A DNA stretch of 64,000 bases, taken from an uncultured bacterium. Its GTDB lineage: Bacteria > Krumholzibacteriota > Krumholzibacteriia > Krumholzibacteriales > Krumholzibacteriaceae. This document shows, in pieces, positions 9,996-17,943 of this stretch; position 1 is the first letter of the stretch, and each line of letters opens with the position of its first letter. Where the stretch lies: positions 288,001 to 352,000 of the forward strand of contig CAWBAN010000004.1 in NCBI GenBank assembly GCA_963786935.1. Reading direction: 5' to 3'. Both the position numbers and the translations under genes were made by a program. The notes beneath the pieces are model-generated. The model ran no database searches. It was not told the origin of the DNA and saw nothing but the letters and a program-made list of their open reading frames with translations.

Positions 9996-10129
9996 GCGAA
10001 ACCGCTCCAATCCCGTATCTCGTGTAGCAAAATTCATTTAACCCGGGAGTGTCAACACAAAACTGCATGGCCGCCGCGCAGGCCCATGGTTCCCGAAGAG
10101 GTGCGTGCCCGGCGAACTTCGCTCCTTGA

Positions 10130-10258
10130 TTCGCTTCGGGCGCGGGCTTCCCGGCGGAATGGACGGGGACGCTGACCGGCACGAATCCCGGCTTCATCGA
10201 CCGGGCGAACGGTCTCCTGCGCCCCGCCGCCGGAGCGATCGATATCGGCGCGTTCGAA
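10130..10258 (+). pseudogene. Remnant of the C-terminus of a beta-helix/choice-of-anchor-Q-like protein
   Basis: Frame reads PAEWTGTLTGTNPGFIDRANGLLRPAAGAIDIGAFE; no start codon; TGA at 10127. Confidence 0.55.
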
Positions 10259-10391
10259 CGAGAGTATCGGCAGCCGGAGCTTCCATCGCATTCTCTCCCG
10301 AATGTCCGTAACTTTTCCGCTCAAAACGTCCAATATCTGCGGAGGAGGTGAATGCTGCATTTTCAAGAGCTTTAAGGAAAAGGAGGATGCC

Positions 10392-10502
10392 ATGGAAACC
10401 TATCGGGAAGCGAAGCGTCTCATGTTCCGGCGCACCGTGCTGATCGCGTCGTTGATCGCGGCCGGGCTTTCTTGGCTTCTGGAATCTGCGCGCTCATTGT
10501 GA
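10392..10502 (+). CDS. 36-aa small membrane protein
   Basis: Strong SD AAGGAGG 5 nt before ATG; METYREAKRLMFRRTVLIASLIAAGLSWLLESARSL has one hydrophobic helix. Confidence 0.5.
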   Translation: METYREAKRLMFRRTVLIASLIAAGLSWLLESARSL

Positions 10503-10583
10503 TATAATATCGCCCAGCGGGGACTCGCGGTAAGTGGGGGAAGGCCGCATAATCGCACAATCAGAGTCAGAGGAGGTCGATCC

Positions 10584-12857
10584 ATGGGCCATCGCGGAAG
10601 GATTTCCTTTCTCGTGCTCGCCGTATCCATGGGGATGCTGCTCGTTCATGGTTTCGCCGCGCCGGTCGCGGCGCAGCCGAACGAAGAGAAGTCCGACTGG
10701 CGGGTGAACATCCGGATCGATTACCCGGAGCTCGGTGTCCAAGACACCACCCGGTTGATTGGCCACAGCAAGCTGAAATGGTTCGATCCATATGCCTCGC
10801 CGCTCTTCCCGCCGCATCTCGAGGTCGATTCGCAAATCGACACGGTGAGATTGTTCAATCCAACGGGGAGTTGGGCGTGGAATCCGCCCGGGATGATTTG
10901 GCCGGGGAAGGGCTTCCTGCTCGATCCGGAGCCGGTCATCGAGAGCTTCTTCGATGTCACATTCGAAATAGGTCCGCCCAAGTACGATCCGCTGGACACG
11001 CTGAGGTTGATGGCTCCCGTGCGCACCTTCGGCAAGGCGCACGACTGGCCGCCCCTGTTCGACAAGTTCGAAACGCCGCCGGGCATGCCGCCGGTCCCGA
11101 TGGAAGGGCGCGACGGGCTGGTGCACGCTTTCCTGATATCGATTGAATACGAGATGACTCCGCACTACGAGCCGGAGGTCCACTTGAGCGTCGCGACGGC
11201 ATACGGCTCCGGCGTCGCCCTCGTCGGCGAAGACGGGATGATTCATATGTCGGCCGGCCTGGCAGGCGATTACGAAGCGGTCGAGGCGATATTCAGCCGG
11301 CGGCTCGCGGGCGATCCGGGCCCCTTCGTGCCCTTCCACGTCGACATGGACGGCTCGGCGCCGGTTATCTCGACGGTCGATCCCAAGGGATCGGGAGACG
11401 GATGGTCGGCGAATTTCGATCCGGGCTCCGATCCTTTCGACGGATGCTGGGTCGAGTTCGAGGGCGCGCTCCTCGTGCCGCCCTACGGCATGTTCAGGGA
11501 CACCGTGCTCGTATTCGTCGATCCGACGCCGCCGATCCCTTCCTTCTTCGATATTCATCGAGATTCGATCCCCGTTTTCCACATCGATTCGTTCTTCGAT
11601 ATCACCTATCGTCTGGATGACGAGCTGCCGGCCCCGACGCCGAGCGAGGTCTGGGTGTTTCCGCTGAAGAAGGACTTCCAGCGGGAGCTCACCCCGGTGG
11701 ATCAGCTCGGTCTCGGCACGCCGATGGACACGATGTCGTGCGGGCCGGCGGGGGCCGCGTCGTGCTTGAAGTATTTCGCCGATCACGGTTATCCGGGGCT
11801 GGACAATCCCGGGGGAGACGAGACGAAGCCCGCGATGAGCGGCGAGGACATCGCGCGGGAACTGCAGGGCGCGATGGGGACGAGCGCGACCGAGGGAACG
11901 ACGCCCGACGGCGCGGTGGCCGGCATCGACAGCTACCTCAAGAAGCACGGGCAGAGCGGTTGGACGGTGGAGCACCATCCGGTGGACGACGCCACCGATC
12001 TCGCCGAGATGATCCGCGAGTTCGAGTCGGACGGCGAGGACGTGCTCGTCATTCTCGAGGACGTGACGGCCGAGGGGGACACGATGGGGCACCTCGTGAC
12101 GCTCGGCTCGACGCATTCGAGCTGCCCGGGAACGGCGGGGTCGGGAGGCGCGTCCGGCACGCCGACGGCGAGGATCGATTTCATGGATCCCTACGGGGGC
12201 GGGCTCCCCGCCGACAACGATTACCCGCTCGATACGAGCGAAGGGGGCCGGCCGACGACGGAAGGATACGATCTGGACGGCGAGGGAGCGGACGCCGAGG
12301 TCGCGGGGTACATCAAGGTGTCCCCGCCCGAAGGCGGGCCGGCGCCGGTTCCGCTCGCGCGAGCGGCGGCGCGCGAGCCGTGGATCCTCGCCGCGACGGG
12401 GCTCGTCCGCGGAAACGGCCTCGTGGACACGCTTCGTTTCGGCACGGCGCCGTTCCCCGGCGGCCTGTATCTCATGGAAGTCGTCACGATTGACGATCAA
12501 GGATTCCGGTGCCGCGACATCAGGCTCGCGGGGATTCCCGAGCATACGACCGGCGGCGATCTGCCCGATCCAGGTGGCCGGACGATGCTCCGCGGCTCCT
12601 ATCCGAATCCATTCAATCCGACGACCACGATTGACTTCTACATCGCGAGCGGCACGAAGGTCACGCTCGCCATCTATGACGTCGCCGGACGCAGGGTGCG
12701 GACGCTGATTTCGGACGCATTCACCGAAGCCGGCGTTCACAAGGTCGACTGGAACGGGAAGGATGACGGCGGGAGAAAGCTCGCGAGCGGAGTTTATTTC
12801 GCGAGCTTCAGGGCGGAAGGGCAGGTCGAGGCGCGGAAGCTTATTCTCCTGCGGTAG
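10584..12857 (+). CDS. Secreted protein with C39-like cysteine peptidase domain and FlgD-Ig/T9SS-like C-terminal domain
   Basis: SD GGAGG and signal peptide; SCGPAGAASCLKY..GHLVTL..DFMDP; YPNPFNPTTTI..IYDVAGRRVRTL..WNGKDDGG..ASGVYF..KLILLR. Confidence 0.8.
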   Translation: MGHRGRISFLVLAVSMGMLLVHGFAAPVAAQPNEEKSDWRVNIRIDYPELGVQDTTRLIGHSKLKWFDPYASPLFPPHLEVDSQIDTVRLFNPTGSWAWNPPGMIWPGKGFLLDPEPVIESFFDVTFEIGPPKYDPLDTLRLMAPVRTFGKAHDWPPLFDKFETPPGMPPVPMEGRDGLVHAFLISIEYEMTPHYEPEVHLSVATAYGSGVALVGEDGMIHMSAGLAGDYEAVEAIFSRRLAGDPGPFVPFHVDMDGSAPVISTVDPKGSGDGWSANFDPGSDPFDGCWVEFEGALLVPPYGMFRDTVLVFVDPTPPIPSFFDIHRDSIPVFHIDSFFDITYRLDDELPAPTPSEVWVFPLKKDFQRELTPVDQLGLGTPMDTMSCGPAGAASCLKYFADHGYPGLDNPGGDETKPAMSGEDIARELQGAMGTSATEGTTPDGAVAGIDSYLKKHGQSGWTVEHHPVDDATDLAEMIREFESDGEDVLVILEDVTAEGDTMGHLVTLGSTHSSCPGTAGSGGASGTPTARIDFMDPYGGGLPADNDYPLDTSEGGRPTTEGYDLDGEGADAEVAGYIKVSPPEGGPAPVPLARAAAREPWILAATGLVRGNGLVDTLRFGTAPFPGGLYLMEVVTIDDQGFRCRDIRLAGIPEHTTGGDLPDPGGRTMLRGSYPNPFNPTTTIDFYIASGTKVTLAIYDVAGRRVRTLISDAFTEAGVHKVDWNGKDDGGRKLASGVYFASFRAEGQVEARKLILLR

Positions 12858-12905
12858 TGACGGCTCGATTCGACGGCCTTATTTATCGCGCCACGACGTT
12901 CATCG

Positions 12906-12940
12906 AAGCGGGAGGGATCGAGAAACCCCTCCCGCTTTTT
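12906..12940 (+). terminator. Intrinsic terminator between convergent genes
   Basis: AAGCGGGAGGG/CCCTCCCGCTT stem followed by a T run. Confidence 0.75.
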
Positions 12941-12944
12941 CCGT

Positions 12945-14915
12945 TCAGTCCTCAACGGGATTCGGGCGGACGTCTCGGGTCGAGGCGATCTGCCATTCAT
13001 TGAAGATGACGTAAATGATCTGGTTCACCTGCGGCCGGTCGAAGAACCACAGCTCGAATCCGAAATGCGCGCTCGGCGCCGCGACGGCGACTCCGGCCGT
13101 CACGTTCGGAACGACGTCCGCGTACTTCGTCACCCAGAGCGCCGCGGCCTGAAAATTGAGCGGCGAAGCCATGTTCTTCGATCTCATGCGGTACATCGGG
13201 TGGAAGCACGACTGGCTTCTTACGGCGTTCCGGTTCATCCAGTACGCGGGATCGTAAACCTCGACGGGGGTGAATCCGCCGGGATACGGCGAGGGCATGT
13301 TGGGAGAGTAGTACCGAGGCGACACCAGAATCTCCGACCAGAGGTTGAGCTCGCTCGGCATGCCGGGAACCCTGTTATGCCACGCGTCGGTCGACTTTAC
13401 CGCCCCGGGATACATGCAATCGTAGTTACGAACTCTCCGCATCGGCATATCCGAATCGGTACGGAACGTCCCGACGATCTTGTCGAGCATGGTGACGCAG
13501 TAATCCTTGTATGCGTATGAATTCACGCTGCTCGTATCCCCCTCGCAGACGTCGGAGTTGCCGAGAAACTCGCACTTGATATTGAGCGGGAAGCCCCTCG
13601 AACCCAACGCGGGGGGAAAGATCGCGGCGAGCCCATTCATTCTATCCGACATGCCTTCCGTCAGCAGGTGCCCGCCCTTCGCGAGGAAGAACGACAAGTA
13701 ATTCATTTGGAGTACGCCTCCCGAGCTGATCATGCTCTCGGGGGTGAACCGGATGACGTCGTCCCAGGCGCCATGAGACGCATCCGTTGAGAAGGTCCAG
13801 ATAATGTTCTTGTACCGCGTGATGAGCGAGAGCTCGGGCGGCTTCCCGTTGTACGAGTAATAGGCGTCGTACACGTCCCGCGATGCGTCAAAATCCGCCG
13901 CCTGAGCGCAGTGACCGAGCCAGAAGGCGTCATGCTCGTCCTCCCGCGGCATCACGTAGTCATACTGGGGAAAATTGTACGACGGAAAATCGTCCACCCA
14001 GAGGAGATTCCGCTCCATGGTGAACGGTATGACCGATACCTCGATCCTGCCGAGGGTAATGGCGCCCGAGTTGTCGATCGCCTCGATGTAGAGCGTATGC
14101 ACTCCCGATTGGAACGCGATGGGCGCTGCGGAAGTGTTCTCGGGCGAGAATTCCTTGGTCTCCCAATCGTGCTTATCGTTGATATCGGATACGTCCCAGC
14201 CGTATCGATAACCGACGATCGTGCCTCCATAGGAGCTCGCGTCGGCATGCCACGAGAAGTTCATCTCGAGCCCCGCGGGAAAAGCGACGGCCTCCGGTCG
14301 AAGATTCGTGCCGATAAAGGCGCTGCCTCCGAGGAACGGTTCCCAGGTGCTCAGGAGAGGCGCCGCGGTGTTCGATACGATGAACTGCCGAATGTTCACC
14401 CCCCGAGTGAATACCGTCGTGACTTTGTCCGAGCGGTCCTGCGCCTGCACGGCGAAGATGTGGGCTCTTCTCAATGCGAGGGGCTCGTCCTCCCCGAGCG
14501 TCGTGGTCCGGCCGTGCGGATTATCGTACGGAATCCAATGCGACCATCTGCTCTCGTATCGCGCGGGGTGCAGGTTCAAATCCCGGACGATGTCGAATTG
14601 AGGGTTGTAATTGCCATTCGTATCGACGACCTGCATGCAGAGCCACCGGACGAAGAGCGGCTCGATCTCGAGCCCGCTGTGCCATCCGAATTGGATCACC
14701 GGCCCGAGCATGACGACGGCCGAAAGATCCGGGGGCGGAGTCGGGGTGTCGATGATGACGAACGGTTCCCCGCCGCTCGGAGGTCGAATCGGCAGCTCGC
14801 TGAGGTTGGCGTCCATATTTGGAACGGGCTCCGGCGGGAGCGTTTCCCGGCAGCCGAAGAACGCCGGGACGAGGAGAACGGCAAAGGCAGCGACGAGAAG
14901 CACCATCCTTCGCAT
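12945..14915 (-). CDS. Uncharacterised lipoprotein (Ig/FN3-like domains plus alpha/beta domain), tandem paralog 1
   Basis: Lipobox FFGC; FSWHADASSYGGTIVGYRYGWD; LLWVDD..YKNIIW..FLAKGGHLL; colinear with 15076..17034. Confidence 0.85.
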   Translation of the reverse strand: MRRMVLLVAAFAVLLVPAFFGCRETLPPEPVPNMDANLSELPIRPPSGGEPFVIIDTPTPPPDLSAVVMLGPVIQFGWHSGLEIEPLFVRWLCMQVVDTNGNYNPQFDIVRDLNLHPARYESRWSHWIPYDNPHGRTTTLGEDEPLALRRAHIFAVQAQDRSDKVTTVFTRGVNIRQFIVSNTAAPLLSTWEPFLGGSAFIGTNLRPEAVAFPAGLEMNFSWHADASSYGGTIVGYRYGWDVSDINDKHDWETKEFSPENTSAAPIAFQSGVHTLYIEAIDNSGAITLGRIEVSVIPFTMERNLLWVDDFPSYNFPQYDYVMPREDEHDAFWLGHCAQAADFDASRDVYDAYYSYNGKPPELSLITRYKNIIWTFSTDASHGAWDDVIRFTPESMISSGGVLQMNYLSFFLAKGGHLLTEGMSDRMNGLAAIFPPALGSRGFPLNIKCEFLGNSDVCEGDTSSVNSYAYKDYCVTMLDKIVGTFRTDSDMPMRRVRNYDCMYPGAVKSTDAWHNRVPGMPSELNLWSEILVSPRYYSPNMPSPYPGGFTPVEVYDPAYWMNRNAVRSQSCFHPMYRMRSKNMASPLNFQAAALWVTKYADVVPNVTAGVAVAAPSAHFGFELWFFDRPQVNQIIYVIFNEWQIASTRDVRPNPVED

Positions 14916-15001
14916 GGCTTTCCCCCTTCTTGCTATCGTGAACGTTCGGCGAAGAACGATTCGGTCGGTTGGCTCGGGACGGTACTCGCTTATCTACTCT
15001 A

Positions 15002-15030
15002 ATAATACAATGCGCGCGCGGTCGCGTCAA
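15002..15030 (-). promoter_or_regulatory. Sigma70-type promoter for paralog 1
   Basis: TTGACG-N17-TATTAT on the minus strand. Confidence 0.6.
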
Positions 15031-15075
15031 GGCGGGACGAAGGCGGGCGGAATATCCACGAGATACGAGCCCGTT

Positions 15076-17034
15076 TCAATCTTCCGCAGGCTCCGGACTG
15101 ACCTGTCGGGTCGCGGCGATTCCCCACTCGCCGAAGATGACGTCAATGATCTGGCTCACCTGCGTCCGGTCGAAGAACCAGAGCTCGAATCCGAAGTGCG
15201 CGCTCGGCGCGGCGACGGCGACGCCGGAGGCCACATCCGGGATGACATCCGCGTACTTGGTCACCCAGAGCGCCACGGCTTGATTGTTGAGAACCGAAAC
15301 CATGTTCTTCGATTTCATCCGGTACATCGGATGGAAGCACTCCTGGCTCCTCACGAGATTCCGGCTCATCCAGTACGCGGGATCATAAACCTCGACGGGG
15401 GTGAATCCGCCGGGACGGGGCGAGGGCTCGTTGGGGGCATAGTAGCGCCCCGCTTCGATGATCTTGGACCAGAGATTTAGATTGTCCGGCATGCCGGGAA
15501 TCCATGTATGCCACTCGTCGGTCGATTTGACCGCGCCGGGATACATGCAATCAAAATTGCGGATTCTCCGAAACGGCATATCCGGATCGGTGCGGAACGC
15601 CCCGTCGATCTTGTCGAGCAGGGTGATGCAGTAATCCTTGTACGGATACGAATTGACGCTGCTCGTGTCTCCGTCGCACGTATTGGAGTTGCCGAGAAAC
15701 TCGCACTTGAGATTGAGTGGGAAGCCTCTGTCCGCCTGCACCACGGGAAGGACCGCGGCGAGCCCCGCCGCCTTTTCTGACATCCCCTCGGTGATCAGGT
15801 GTCCCCCCTTCGCCAGGAAGACCAACAGAGAGTTTCTCATGAGCGTGCTTCCACAGCAGGGGATCATGCACTCGGGGGTGAAGGCGATGATGTTGTCATA
15901 GCAGCTCGTCGTGAGGTCCGAGTTGAACGTCCAGACGATATTCTTGTATTTCAAAATGATCGGAAGCCCGGGCGGCTTTCCGCCATACGAGTAATAGACA
16001 TCGTACACGTCCCGCGACGGGTCGAAACCCGTCGCCCTGGCGCAGTGACCGAGCCAGAAGGCGTCGTGTTCGTCCTCCCGCGGGAAGTTGTAGTCGATCT
16101 GCGTGAAATCGTTCGTCGAACGGAAATCGTCCACCCAGAGGAGATTTCTCTCCATGGTGAACGGGACGAGCGAAAGCTCGATCATGCCGAGGGTTATCGC
16201 GCCCGAGTTGTCGATCGCCTCGACGAAAAGAGTGTGAACGCCCGTCTGAAACGCGACCGGAATCGCGCGGGTGCAACGGAGGGAGAATTCAGTCGCCCAT
16301 TCTTGATCGTCGTTGATGTCGGACACATCCCAGCCGTACCGATAACCGGTGATGCGCCCCCCATAGGAGCCCGCATCGGCCTTCCACGAGAAGTTCATCT
16401 CGAGCCCCGCGGGAAATGAGGTGGTCGCCGGCCGGGGATTCATCCCGAGGAACATCTGGCTTCCGATGAACGGCTCCGTGATCATCAGGCGGGGCACGGC
16501 GTTGGCCGATGCGATGAACTGCCGGATGTTCATCCCCCGACGGAAGACCGTCGTGACCTTGCCGGCGCGGCTCTTCGCCTGCACGGCGAAGACATGGGAT
16601 CTGCCGAATGCGAGGGGCTCGTTCTTCCCGACCGTCGTCGTCCGGGCGTCGGGATCCTCATACGAGATCCAGGCTGACCATTTGCTTTCATATCGTTCGG
16701 GGTGCAGGTTCAAATCCCCGACGATGTCGAATCCCGGCTCGTAGGTGCCCAAGGGATCGACGACCTGCATGCAGAGCCACCGCACGAACTGCGTTTCGAC
16801 TTGCGGCTCGGTGTGCCATCCGAATTCGATCACCGTGCCGAGCATGACCGTGGCCGAGAGATTCGCGGGGGGAGCCGGAGTATCGATGATGACGAACGGT
16901 TCGCCTCTCCAGGGGAGAAGCGTTCCGCCGCCGCTGTCGGGCGGCGGCGCCGTCGGGACCGTATCGTTGCAGCCGAGGATGGCGAGAGCGAGGAGAACGG
17001 CCGGAACGGCGATGAGAAGCGCCTTCCTTCGCAT
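15076..17034 (-). CDS. Uncharacterised lipoprotein, tandem paralog 2
   Basis: Lipobox ILGC; long identical blocks shared with 12945..14915 (e.g. APSAHFGFELWFFDR, GGFTPVEVYDPAYWM). Confidence 0.85.
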   Translation of the reverse strand: MRRKALLIAVPAVLLALAILGCNDTVPTAPPPDSGGGTLLPWRGEPFVIIDTPAPPANLSATVMLGTVIEFGWHTEPQVETQFVRWLCMQVVDPLGTYEPGFDIVGDLNLHPERYESKWSAWISYEDPDARTTTVGKNEPLAFGRSHVFAVQAKSRAGKVTTVFRRGMNIRQFIASANAVPRLMITEPFIGSQMFLGMNPRPATTSFPAGLEMNFSWKADAGSYGGRITGYRYGWDVSDINDDQEWATEFSLRCTRAIPVAFQTGVHTLFVEAIDNSGAITLGMIELSLVPFTMERNLLWVDDFRSTNDFTQIDYNFPREDEHDAFWLGHCARATGFDPSRDVYDVYYSYGGKPPGLPIILKYKNIVWTFNSDLTTSCYDNIIAFTPECMIPCCGSTLMRNSLLVFLAKGGHLITEGMSEKAAGLAAVLPVVQADRGFPLNLKCEFLGNSNTCDGDTSSVNSYPYKDYCITLLDKIDGAFRTDPDMPFRRIRNFDCMYPGAVKSTDEWHTWIPGMPDNLNLWSKIIEAGRYYAPNEPSPRPGGFTPVEVYDPAYWMSRNLVRSQECFHPMYRMKSKNMVSVLNNQAVALWVTKYADVIPDVASGVAVAAPSAHFGFELWFFDRTQVSQIIDVIFGEWGIAATRQVSPEPAED

Positions 17035-17214
17035 AGCCCACTCCCTTCGTGCGCGCAACACGCGTCGCCCGATCGGCGAGAGTCGTCTTTTCGGTCGGTT
17101 GGGGGCGACAACGCTTATCTATAGTAATCATAGCTTGCCGGGGAGGGAGCCGCAAATGAAAAGGGGAACGATCCCTGCGGTGCCAAAGGGGCGCTCGAGG
17201 CGCTCGCGTAAATA

Positions 17215-17230
17215 CGGCACGGAGTTTGCT
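17215..17230 (+). promoter_or_regulatory. Sigma54 (-24/-12) promoter
   Basis: CGGCACGGAGTTTGCT versus consensus TGGCACG-N4-TTGCW, about 60 nt before ATG 17292. Confidence 0.65.
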
Positions 17231-17291
17231 AAATTTAGCGTCTGATAGCGGTTCTTAGGGGGATTCTTGGGCTCGGAAAAGGTGCCAGCTA

Positions 17292-17849
17292 ATGGAAATT
17301 AAAGGACTTGTGATTCAGAATCGCAAGGAGTTCGCGGAAGAGTGCTTCGGCAAGGATGCCTGGCAGAAGGTGCTCGATTCCTTGCCGCAGGCCGATCGGG
17401 AGGTCATCGGCGAGCTGATTCTCGCGGCCAAATGGTATCCCTTCGACCTCGGCGAGCGCGTCGACAGAGCCATCGTCAACGTGCTCGGGGGAGGCAAGGA
17501 CAGGGTCTTCGAGGACATCGGCGCGAAGTCGGCCCAGCGGAGCCTGATGAAAGTGCACCGGTCGTTTCTCACGCGCGGCGATCCGCAGGCGTTCATGAAG
17601 AAAACCGAGATCATGTACAAGTTCTACTACGATAAAGGGCGCCGCGAATACCAGGCGACGGGTCCGAACTCGGGCGTCATGACGACGTACGACGCCGAGA
17701 CCACCTCCGTCGCCGATTGTCTCACCGTCATCGGATTCCACAAGGAAGCGCTCCGGCTGTGCGGCGCGAAGAACGTCGAGGCGGTCGAGGAGGAATGCCG
17801 TGCCAAGGGCGGCTCCTGCTGCCGCTACCGCTTCTCGTGGAGCATATGA
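17292..17849 (+). CDS. V4R/H-NOX-like ligand-binding protein (TIGR02265-like)
   Basis: IKG..FG.DAWQKVL..KWYP N-terminus; C-terminal EEECRAKGGSCCRYRFSW typical of V4R. Confidence 0.7.
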   Translation: MEIKGLVIQNRKEFAEECFGKDAWQKVLDSLPQADREVIGELILAAKWYPFDLGERVDRAIVNVLGGGKDRVFEDIGAKSAQRSLMKVHRSFLTRGDPQAFMKKTEIMYKFYYDKGRREYQATGPNSGVMTTYDAETTSVADCLTVIGFHKEALRLCGAKNVEAVEEECRAKGGSCCRYRFSWSI

Positions 17850-17943
17850 TCCGGCGCTCCGGGCGATAGCGCTCATGCGCCCCTCCGCAAAACATCCATT
17901 ATATCTTGACCCGCAATCGATCTTCCTGTATATAATCCGGGCT

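Noticed and set aside
6003..10175. 1390-aa plus-strand ORF and similar long antisense ORFs (54978..57803, 57506..60832, 22100..24121, 43482..45485)
   Set aside because: Antisense shadows expected in high-GC DNA; the opposite strand carries clear family motifs
12945..17034. Diversity-generating retroelement template/variable repeat pair
   Set aside because: Similarity spans both entire genes, differences are not adenine-specific, and no reverse transcriptase is present
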